This document shows positions 1 to 11,018 of a stretch of DNA of 64,000 nt, piece by piece. Origin of the DNA: Lingula anatina (Eukaryota; Animalia; Brachiopoda). The notes under the pieces are model-generated. The model ran no database searches. It had not been told where the DNA came from and worked only from the letters and a program-made list of their open reading frames with translations. Within the stretch, counting starts at the first letter, position 1. The number at the start of each line of letters is the position of its first letter. The stretch covers positions 9,858,001 through 9,922,000 of the forward strand of contig CM120643.1 of the NCBI GenBank assembly GCA_051362555.1, in the 5' to 3' direction. The position numbers were made by a program, and so were the translations under genes.

Positions 1-82
1 TTAACTTATCTCTTAGCTAAAGAAATTTAAAGGCAACCTTTTTCTATTTCAATATTCCATGTCATACCTGACTGAGTATCAT

Positions 83-3000
83 TCAATTCTCCTCTTCAGT
101 ATATTCCATATCATCACCTGACATCTCCATACTGAACTCCTGGCCATAGCCCGAGTCAAAGTTAGCAAATTGGTGGCTGAAATAATGGAAATTATTATAT
201 ATAACACAATTTATAGGTGTCTCTACACTTTTAAACATAGCCCCTAGCCATAGTTAATTAACTGGTGGCTGAAATAAAGGGAATAATACACATCTCGTAC
301 AATTTTATAGTTGTCTCTACCCTTTTGACCATACCCCCTAGTCACAGTTAGCCAACTGCTGGCTGAAATAAGGGAAATAATATATAACACACAATTCTTT
401 TTAGTCATCTCCATACTGCTGGCTATAAACTTTATTCAGTCAAAGTTGGCAAACTTCTGTCTGAAATACAGAAGCTGATGCAATTTTATAGGTTTCAACA
501 CCCCTAGTAGGGTCTTTTTATAATTCACATTCATCAGAAACCCTGTCTGAAGAGTCGTATGACCAAAAGCAAGAAAAATAATAAATAAATAAATAAATAA
601 ATCACATACCTGTTACACTTGCATGACAAGAAGACAATCCTCTTCAGCTTCTTGTTGTACAAGAAATAGTTAAAGCTCCAAATGCATCCTTCCTCACCAA
701 ATGGATCTGAGCTCAGGTCAGGGTTATAGCTGCAAAGAAGCCATGAGATTTGAAACAAAAGATCCTGGACCAATACCAATCCGTTACAATAATATTACAG
801 AGCCATACTGCCTATACATCTTATAAGCTTTTATACATAAGATCTTTGATATGGAAAAAGGTTTGTAATATATGTTAAAAGATGTTAGGTCCTCTTCACA
901 TTGAACCATATACTTAACTGCACCAGCCTACTTTGACAGGTCCTGACATGTAATTATGCCATAGGGCATTTTATTCCCTTTCACAATTCTCCAAAAGTTT
1001 GTTTCATATCATTAAGTTAATCAGTTGGCTGCACTGAGCCCCTTAATGGCGACTCTCTTAGGTAATAGCCAGGCTATTAAGTTGTCAACCTCTCAAATTA
1101 GTCAAGCCAATATTATACAGTACTCTTAACATGCCTTTAAAGTGTACGTGTTCATATTTATGTTCATAAAGAAAATTCCTGTTTTTGTTGGCAGTTGCAA
1201 TACACAGAAGATGCAGCATCTCTGTGCAATTAATTTCAGAGACCCAGACAGAAAAGGGTAGTGATATCAAATATATTCTACATTTGGTCCAAGTCAGTCC
1301 TGATTTGAAGTAAGATTTACTAGGGCACATTTCATCAGGTGCACATCACACCACAGCACTATATCATCACACCTTTATCAGGTAACAATAAATATACATC
1401 AACACAACATCCCTTGTTTTTTCTTCTTCCCATGCCTACCTATAAATATCACACTCATTCAGCTTAATCTCATCGTCAATGGCCTTCCACAGCTGAGATT
1501 TGAGAGTGTGAAAGTTATCCAGGGACGCCGCCAGCTGACTCTCAACCGAGTTTATGACCCACTGCAAAGAAAAGAAAGAACAGAGTTGACATTTGAAAAG
1601 GGGACACATTTCTATTTGCCAGCTGGGTTGATGAGACCTCCATCTCCATCACCATCTGTAGCTTTCTTGTGACCTTTGTAACATATGTATTCATTACAAT
1701 TCATACATTTAACATGGCTAAAAACAAAATATTATCAATAAAATATGTGTTAATTTGTTAGAGTGTCAAATATACAACAAGTCAAGTTAAAACAGAGCAT
1801 TGGCATATCAATCCAAATGTAAGTTGTACAGTTTTGATGAGATTCTTCCATTAATCAATTACTTCTTTTAGTATAACTTGATTTGAACATCTCATTGTAG
1901 ATATGAGGTACCTACTGCAATGTTGAACATTGCTTTATTATTTCATAAGTCCAGTATTAGACTAATTTTTCTCCTCTCATGCAGGGCTTTTCCCAGGATT
2001 GGGGGTACAGGTGGTCCAAAATTACCACCTGTAATTTGCTACAAAATTTCAGGGAGACCAGGTATGCCTTAACCCCTCATTTTTTCCAAAAAATCCATCA
2101 GCCATCAAGCCATCTTTGAAAATATAGGCCATCCAGTGATGCCGGTTTGCTGGAAAAACCCTTGCTCTCATGTGAAATCTTCTTTAACTTTACCTGCAAG
2201 CTGGGCACCTTGCTAAACTCATCACTCTTTGCCTTGCTGAAGTCATAGTCGGGATTAAAGGAGGCATTGAGGGTAGAGATGAGATAGAACAGTGTCTTGG
2301 TACTGATGGTGTCACATAGGATTCCCTGCCCATCATCACTGCTCACACTGCGGCTGTACTGTCTGGAGTAAGAAACAGAAAAATTATGATAAACTGTACA
2401 TTACTACTAAATGATTTTACAATAACCAGTCAACTTTTATTTAAGCTGAAGACTGTTTATTTGGAATAGATGAAAACTGGCTGGGAAGAAGGGGACTACA
2501 TTCCTTTTATGTACAGTAATTTTGACCATGTACAAAAATTTCTTATGTAGGGTAATAATAATTAAAATGCAGGATATATATATTGGCTGTCCTAGCTAAA
2601 AAATTATGTACTGCTTATGGTGAATATTTTGGATTCTGTTGTGAACCATTGTTGTCAGTCAACCTGACACTGGCTTCTTATAATGCATACTAAGTGGTGT
2701 TTGTACTTCATATTTGACCTTAATTAAACAAATACTTGGACAAAACCATACACTGTTGCATAACATCAAGGACCAGTATCGACTCAAAAATCTATTAAAA
2801 ACTGTGTCTAACTTTCCACAAAACTAGCAATAGAGTGTCGGGTTACAGTCAGGTAGGTCTATATAGCACTGCCTTAACCTGAAGTAAATATCCTTGATGA
2901 CCTGGCACCTAGCCAGCATATCTTTCCAGTTACACAAACATAATTAGCAATAAATTAATACTGGGACAAGTGCCTTAATGTATTCAACCTTGCCTACAGG

Positions 3001-3845
3001 TGGCGCAAAGATTATTGTTTCCACATTTTATGAATTGATTGCTCGTGATCTTTAAAACAGAACTTCATGTCTATGCCTGTGAGATTTTTCAAATATTATT
3101 ATTATTATTATTTGACAATTATAAAAGAATTTTTTAACCGCCCTATAATGTGTTATTTGCATATTTGCTTCAAATAATGAGTTTTGAAAGTTAAAGAACG
3201 GAATTTAAAAGAACCTGAAACAGGTAGATAAAAAGCATCTAGATAAAAAAGCTTTTTCCTTTTTTTCTTTTTAAATCTGAAAAATAAATCACCTGGTTGG
3301 ACTGTGTGGCAAGCCAGTCTCAGGGGGAGACAGAACCTGAAGGTCATTAGGCTGGGAACCTCCTTCATGAACAAGATCCTTGAACAGTTTCTTGTCATTG
3401 CCTGCCATCTTACAGGAGTAACTTTCCAGTCTGAAAATGCATTTAAGTTGCAAGTTATATTGTGGAACTGTTTTATGGCAAATATATCTGTATTTTTTTT
3501 TGTTTGTTTGTTTAGTGATCTATTCATTTAATCAGGCCCCCGTGTAATTATTTTTGCAGGTCCAGAAGTGGTTCTTGAATAAAAATTGTTTATCGTCATC
3601 ACAAAATGTGATTTATATATAAAGGACATGCATAACAAAATTTAAAAAAACAGCTTAAATTGCGTACAGCAACAATACTAACTATCACTATCAATTATAA
3701 TAGGGCATTTCTGTTAAATCATAATCATTCTTCTTCTTAACATCATAATTATTTAAGTATTTTCTTACCTTGCTTCTATTCCACTTCCAATTCCGGAGAG
3801 AGCTGCACCAATGGCGTCAAACGTCGGATTTTCCAAGAGCTTCAT
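83..3845 (-). CDS. MAF1: Repressor of RNA polymerase III transcription MAF1; coding exons 3769-3845, 3293-3430, 2194-2362, 1440-1561, 610-729, 83-176
   Basis: Spliced translation [98 protein letters not shown]..acidic tail ([10 protein letters not shown]) matches the MAF1 A/B/C boxes. All introns are GT-AG with consistent phases. A further donor at 66-67 suggests a 3'UTR intron. Confidence 0.96.
145..480 (-). repeat. Four ~92-98 bp degenerate tandem copies of the MAF1 last-coding-exon acceptor plus exon start
   Basis: Plus-strand ctgaaata (tatttcag on minus) recurs at 177, 269, 363 and 461, each followed on the minus strand by a HQFANFD-like sequence. Confidence 0.85.
1982..2164. mobile_element. 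MITE-like element; a longer related copy lies inverted at 63582-63963
   Basis: Imperfect TIRs cagggcttttccca / tggaaaaacccttg. The first ~100 bp are reverse-complement similar to 63870-63963. Confidence 0.6.
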
Positions 3846-4672
3846 GGCGATTATAAGCACAAATATTGTAAAAAATGTACCTTAATTTAAGCCAAACAAA
3901 GTTGATGAAGCTGATGAATTGATGTCCAGGTCAAATACAAAATTTGTCAATTTTCTCGGACCTTGGATGAAAAGATGTAATGACAGATTATCTGTTCCTA
4001 AACGTCAACCAAGTCAGATTTGCAAAGGATATTTGCGTCTAGTCTAACACGTTAAAAAAGGCGTTGAACTCAGCGACGGTAGACTAATGTTCGTAAAAAC
4101 TGTTTTGGGGTGCTGTTGACTAACTTTCTGTCGATTAGCTGTAAGTCCAGGATAGGAAGAATCGACACTTGTTGCTGATTCCATTTTCAAAACTTAGTGC
4201 TGTATCTTGCGGTTGAGCTATTGCTATTTCGCAATTTCGTCTTGTAAACAATCCAGTTTTGTCCTTCTTATCGTAGAATATAGTTCCGTTTTCTGGATGT
4301 TAGGATACCCGAAAGGTTTATGCACAATACTTGCTTAAGATCAGCCTCCGATCTCTCGTCCTTTCTCCTGTAAGGGAATTTTTCTTGAGAATAATTATGA
4401 TCTGAGAAAAGTCCCAAAAATAATTTTGTCAGGGTTATTATAAAATTGAGATCTTTCTGTAACAGTAATTCATATTTTTTGTGCTTCAATCCCTTCTAGA
4501 TCACATAAATTTATCAATGAAAATAACACTTGTCATACATTTTACACAAAATAATTTAAGAACGATTCATTTCTATTCATGCACTCTTAGGTTAAAGGAT
4601 CGTGCCCGAATACATTCTTAATTTTGTTACCATCCAAGAGGTCACGGTGGGTCAGGGTCAACACAGACTTTA

Positions 4673-4756
4673 AACGCATATGCGCATGTCCATAAAGCTC
4701 TACTTGCAATGCGCATGCGCTGAGACTTTTTAAAATGACGTCATTTGGGAATTCCC
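4673..4756. promoter_or_regulatory. Promoter motif cluster upstream of MAF1: NRF1-like, CRE and kappaB-like sites
   Basis: TGCGCATGCGC at 4710-4720 (plus a degenerate copy at ~4673-4688), TGACGTCA at 4736-4743 and GGGAATTCCC at 4747-4756, about 0.9 kb upstream of the MAF1 ATG. Confidence 0.6.
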
Positions 4757-6793
4757 ACAAAGTCAGACTACTGCTAAAAAAAAAACATCCTGAACAGTGA
4801 AAAATGAATAGCAGTTTTGATTATGACGACGTTGACCTCCAGTCGCAATGTGCCTAATAGACATCTTCAATCGTTGACCATTCGCTTTGACATATCGAAA
4901 ATGTGAAATATAAAAAATCAAACAAGATTTTCTAAGCAATGGGTCCACGGATATATATATATTTTTTTTTTGTAATAAGCTAGAGACTTGTAGCTACATA
5001 TCTGAGTATGAATAAGTCGTTTAAATATTTTATATATCTTATTTAGTTTAAAAGTTATTCGAGTTTTAGTTACCGGTACACCATGTCTGTCATTTTTATT
5101 CAGTCACCACTTTAAAAAATGAGTCAAAAGTTGTCCCACTTTATTTTCACCCTCTAAATAATGCCAAAGAAACTTGATATTTGTTACATGATAATTAAAG
5201 AAGCTAGTCATGAACGCACATTAAATTTTGATTCTAAGGATTTTCTAAAGTAGAGTAATGTGATTGTGAAGTAGGCAAAGGGATTTTGGGCTCAGGTGGA
5301 CCACAGGTGTGTGCAATATGGGAAATAGAAAGAGATACAATCCATCTCCCACAATGTACAGGGGCGGATCCAGGATTTCCTAGAGAGATGTTAGTTTTCT
5401 GATTTAACCCGCCCCCGTCCCCCGAGTTTTTTTTTTTTTTTTAAATACGTGGACAGAAGGATTTTAATCTAATATTAAATAAATTATAATTTAGTATATT
5501 AATTTTAAAAAGTCATCAAATAACAACGCAAGACCGTAATGTAAGCCGTATGACACGTTGTTCAGCTTCAGAAATTTTGTATGTAGGCATAGACAGAGCA
5601 TAGTTCTGTCTGTAACAGAATACCTTGACATAGTTTTGGCTGTTACTGAATAACTTTCTGAGATCAAAATTGGGGAGGAATTTAAGGGAGTGATATAAGA
5701 CACCTGAATAAATCGTGTGGTGTAGAACCTCCTAAACATTGACAGTGACGTTTTATTGTAAAACGTGTTTCTACCGGGGGTGTTGATTATCAGGAAGGAG
5801 GGTCCGGGGGATGCGAATTCAACTTTTTCTAAACCTGTTGTGATGGAAAGTGATAAATCTACCTTTTTTGTGTAATAATGCAAATATTCCCCGATTCTTG
5901 CCTTGCTAGTATGGACAGTTTTCGTTTTCAGTAAAGGAGGTTTTAAAATAGCAACCCTTTTGGATAATATTTGCACGTTATTAATAATTTAAAAAATTAG
6001 ACAGCCCTAAAGGGGAATTATGACATGCATATTTATTTTGCCGACTCGCATTGTTCTCAACCAAATTGACTGTGTACTGTCACCACATCGTCTAGCTAAT
6101 CGTGGATGTAGGCCTAAGTTATGTAACTGAATCGAAGATTCTTTAAATGGCTAAAATAATTCAAAAACATCAAACAACTAAAAATAATTAACAACAGCAA
6201 AACATGTCACGAATTTTTTCAATTTTTAAAAGCCAGGTGACACCACAAATGTAGCCGCAATCTATTTTTCAACACTATCTGGCCAAAATTGAAGAAAACT
6301 GCTATATCCGGACTTTATGAAAATCACTCAAAATCACCCAGGATCGACCCGTCTCCGATTTTTCCGAAATGTGACTAAAATCAATCCACCACACCTGTCA
6401 TTCATAAAAAATGTGGAAACGCGCCCGGATCACTTCATTAAAGCCCCCAATTTCAGCTTTAAAGATTTCAAAAAAGCACTCCTGGGAACAGGATTTGGAG
6501 AGGGGGGGGGGTGGAGAGAGTTTTTGCTCTATTTCTTCCTTAATGTTGACAAATCCACTGTTCTAGTTCTAGTCTAGCGTTATTGAAATAAACATAAACA
6601 TAGACATTTTCTGAGACGTTAGACATCATACTCGCTAGCTGATTTGTATTTTTGTCGACCTCTCATCCCCTCATCCTCGGACCCCTCATCCCCTCATCCT
6701 CGGACCCCCCTTCAAATAATCCTGGTTCCACCTCTGCGAAGATATCATCAACGGGTTTATTAAACATTCGTGAACAGTTTCAGTAACAGCCTA

Positions 6794-6976
6794 CAGGCCC
6801 GTAGCCAGCATTTTCAAAAGGGGGGTTCTTTTCTGAAAAAGTGGACCTTTTCCCATAAAAACTTCATGTACCTAGAAAAATTTCGTGTACTTAGATCAAA
6901 TTTTACCCAGAGTGGACCTTTTCCAAGCAAAAGGGGCGGCTCTGTCGAACCCCCGAACCTCCCGGCTACGGGCCTG
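6794..6976. mobile_element. MITE; related copies at ~31194-31342 and ~39400-39486
   Basis: TIR caggcccgtagcc / ggctacgggcctg. The internal motif ggggttcttttctgaaaaaagtggacctt is shared with the 31.2 kb copy. Confidence 0.7.
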
Positions 6977-7106
6977 ACCTCTCACATAAAATGAGCTATA
7001 GGCTACCTGTTGTTATTTGCATAACAATAAGTTGTTCATCGTAGTGGGAGCTGTCTTCCCGAATGCTCACTTGGCAGTTAGACAGAGTCGGCAGTAGACG
7101 CACAGT

Positions 7107-7931
7107 ATGTGTGGTGCAGTCAGAAGGTCGAGCTTTTATAAGACGTGGAAGCAAATGTATATTTTAGGCCTATTTGTGAGTATCATTATTTCTTCATCAA
7201 CCACAGCCGTTAAATACTAAAGGCGCAGAAGAATGAGAAAAATGTTTACGACAAATATTTATGACATGAATCCTTTTACTATATTTTCATTGTTACTTGT
7301 ATGTCACTAAGAATGGTAGAAATTATTGCCTACGGTGCATTGGGACTCCAAATGTTCAGGATAAACGGCGCCTTCATCTGACTTTTGATGATAACCTAAG
7401 TTTGCTTGAATTCTTCTGCACTTTGTAACCCTCTGTTTGAACACTTTTTGTGCCCCGGCCTTAGCAATTATTTTTGAATATTTTGACCTAATTTAAAATG
7501 TCGTGTATGTTTAAATGTAAGAGAATTTAGAAAAGATCTCTTTCTCTGAAATGCGTTAATATGTACTACAACAGGTATAACTTTTAATATCAAGAGGAAT
7601 ATATTAACAGTCGTCGAAATAACCTCACCCACCCTGCAAATGAAACGGGATGTGCTACCAGTGTTACTTTTTTAACAAGAGGCCTCAAATAGTTCTATCA
7701 TTAAATAATTTCAGATCACAATTTTTGTTTTTCGCTAGCTGAACCTGAACACCAGACTAGTTAATAAACGTGCACGCCATTCCATTTATATGTGCCTTCT
7801 CCGCTGTGATATGACACGCATTATTAGAATGTAGAGAGCCTGTCTGTTTAGTTCAAAGCTGTAAACATTATTTTATCTTTTCAGGAGCTCAACGAGATTC
7901 TGCACAGCACCCGCCTGAAAGCAACCTATGA
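7107..7931 (+). CDS. Possible small 3-exon ORF (7107-7175, 7312-7399, 7885-7931), ~67 aa, unknown product or gene remnant
   Basis: Less AT-rich islands, a good GTGAGT donor at 7176, a polypyrimidine-TTTCAG acceptor at 7884 and AATAAA at 7996. The middle exon has weak splice sites and no homology was recognised. Confidence 0.25.
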
Positions 7932-8552
7932 AGTCTAGCCTTCGTTTCACACACAGGAACCCACGCTCCTCCGTACATCTGTTATATGAAAACTCAATAA
8001 AAAGTTTTGTAATTTGGCATTTTATTTTTCACTTTGTTATGAAATTATTATGTTAAGGGAAATAAGTTATTTTTAATGTTTAAGGACTTTCAAATTTAAT
8101 TTGATCTGTTAATAAAATATCTAAAATGGTTTCCAACAACCTACATTTTATAGTTCAAATTTATATAAATTTACAATCCTGGTTTTTAAAAAATTCACAT
8201 GAGATTTTTGTTCTATAGCATATGGACCCTATTCGTCTGGACATATTTTTCCTATATTTTCTTATATAGGGAGGGTCCCATTTTGACGGGGTTTGGCTTT
8301 TACTATCGTGAATTGTTTAAATTGGGACGGCCTATTCTTTGTATAAATACCTAATACGATATTTGAACGTAATAATGAAAAGGTGGGATGATTCTGATGT
8401 AAGCTTAAACCATGTTAGTTTTTTAAAATTAATACGCCTGAAAATGGCCAAAAATTTGATTTCTGGGGGTAAAACAGAACAATTTCTTCAGTTCCTGTTC
8501 TCTGAACCAAATTGGGATAATGAGAAGACTTGCCACATCTGTCACCCATCCT

Positions 8553-9135
8553 AATGCAATGGACTCGCCCCACCTGTCACCCCTTCCGATACAATGGACT
8601 CGCCCTACCTGTCACCCCTTTTTTGCAATGGACTTCTCCCACCTGCCACCCCTCCAATGCAATGGACTCGCCCCACCTATCACCCCTTCCGATACAATGG
8701 ACTCGCCCCACCTGTCACCCCTTTTTTTTTGCAATGGACTCGCCCCACCTATCACCCCTTCCGATACAATGGACTCGCCCCACCTGTCACCCCTTTTTTT
8801 GCAATGGACTCGCCCCACCTATCACCCCTTCCGATACAATGGACTCGCCCCACCTGCCACCCCTTTTTTTTTGCAATGGACTCGCCCCACCTATCACCCC
8901 TTCCGATACAATGGACTCGCCCCACCTGTCACCCCTTTTTTTTTGCAATGGACTCGCCCCACCTATCACCCCTTCCGATACAATGGACTCGCCCCACCTG
9001 TCAACCCTTTTTTGCAATGGACTTCTCCCACCTGCCACCCCTTTTAATGCAATGGACTCGCCCCACCTGCCACCCCTTTTAATGCAATGGACTCGCCCCA
9101 CCTGCCACCCCTTTAATGCAATGGAATTGCCCCAC
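8553..9135. repeat. Minisatellite, ~31-36 bp unit with core CAATGGACTCGCCCCACCT, in an alternating two-variant arrangement
   Basis: About 17 head-to-tail units. The centre alternates ...CCTATCACCCCTTCCGATA and ...CCTGTCACCCC(T)nG. This explains the repetitive ORFs in all frames. Confidence 0.95.
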
Positions 9136-9878
9136 AGAACATTTACACCCCTTTATTTGAAATGGAGGCGCCCTCAGATTGAGTAGACTTTCTCTACTAA
9201 ACCCCTCCAATTGAATGAACTCCACCAACCATCAGATGACTGCGGCGTATTATTCAACTTAACTTGCTTTAGTCAATCAAATCCTTCACTGTTTAACATT
9301 TTCACTACTCCTGTGTTAGCTGACCTTGTAAGCAATTTATTAGAATGAATTTTCAAAAATGAAGTTAAAACAATCCATAATTCAATCACAAATGCCAATC
9401 AACTATCAGAATTACTTGAAAACACCTTTTTAATAATTTTGATTTACCTTATTACATTAATGAAACCTTTTTTATAATTTTTTAAAAGCTTTTCATCTTG
9501 TCGGTAATTTCGGGTAGGTACCGACTGCCCGAGGGTTCTAAAATTCTCGTCGCTCCAGTCGCAGACTAAGCCCAACCCCAATTTGTAATATAATCAGCCA
9601 TTTCGGGATACTAAGATGTTTGTTTGTCAACTTGCCAGGCTTTAAATTAATAATTATTAAATATCTGTTATAGGCCTATTCACTCATACTTTAAATTCTT
9701 GCACGTGGAACAGCATTGAAAGCGGCCTCCTCTGTCGCAACTGAGCAACGCGCAATCACACCCTATTCATTTAGGCCACTTATCTTGTTATCTTTCACAG
9801 TTGATGAGGGAAAAGGTCAAAGTGCCAAATCTGCCTCCTCGGGGGTGTGATGTTATTGCATGTCTGACTGGATGTACG

Positions 9879-10941
9879 ATGTTTTTAGAGATTTTTGCGT
9901 TATTACCTTTACTGTACGTGGTTTTTAAATTACTGCGCAAGGACTCAGCTCCCAGCCATGGAGTTTACGCTCGTCCAGGTGAGTGAATTAAGATGAAGAG
10001 GAGGGGGTGAATTGAAGCAGGGCGAAAGAGGTATATAGTGACCGAGGGAAAGAGAGAGACTGTGGTAGGGATCGAGGGGGTGAGTGACAGGTGGGTGAAA
10101 ATGTAGAGGTGGGGGTAAATTGAAAAAGGGGGTTAGAAAGAGGCATTGAAACAGTGATTGAGGTAGTGAGAGAGGGATAGTGGGAGGGATCGAGGGGATC
10201 CCAGGTGGGTGGAGAGTGATAGATAGATAGAGAGAGAGGGGGCGTTGAGAAAAAGACAGGGAGAGAAGGTGAGAGAGAGAAACTGAGAGACTTAATAGTC
10301 ATAGACGGCGAGAGAGATAGAGATTTCAAATTTACACTTACTAGCCAGTGGCATATTCTAGGTTCTTTCTAAACACAGTTGGGATTAACCCACAAAGTGT
10401 AAACCAACTCCAGGAAAGGTCTGTTTTATTGCAAATAAGCATCAGAGCACACTTGGTATCCTATGTCTTCCTATATTTAGCTCACTTCTTGAATTTTATC
10501 TATTTAAATGCATTTATTTATCCTATGTATAATGATTCTGGGGAGTAAGTACTGAAGCAGTTTAATTAACATTAGAATTTTAAAAAATCAAATTTGAAAA
10601 CAACTGACAGCTACAAAATGTAGATGTGATAAAGTCGGCCAATTTTCTTTTCATAAACTGACAGAAACTTAACAACAGCACTTTCAATACTGAGACATCA
10701 ATAAGTCAGAAATTTTTTTTTTTTTAGTCTTCATGATCTGTGGTTTCAGGAAAATGGTATCACTTGAAGCGATTCCTTTTTCTCCTCATACACAAGTTGA
10801 GATGCCGGAAAAGTAGGCAGGCCTTTGGGAAAATCTTCCAACATGACGCTTACAGATATGGTCTTGGCTATGGTAAAGACATACGGGGTACACCACTCAA
10901 ATTGGATGGGGCCCAGCAGTTGAAAAGCTGTGATAATGTAA

Positions 10942-11018
<77 letters not shown>

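Noticed and set aside
5491-5976. 161-aa minus-strand ORF
   Set aside because: No recognisable motif, a non-ATG start and no convincing splice structure.
6659-6708. Short ~23-bp two-copy duplication (cctcatcccctcatcctcggacc)
   Set aside because: An ordinary slippage duplication within a MITE-like remnant.
8520-9186. CRISPR-like array or repetitive protein ORFs
   Set aside because: The sequence between cores is itself repeated rather than unique, there are no cas genes, and the context is eukaryotic. ORFs are open in all frames only because of the minisatellite.
9988-10329. Ser/Pro-rich 113-aa ORF
   Set aside because: It is the antisense reading of a GA-rich low-complexity intron segment.
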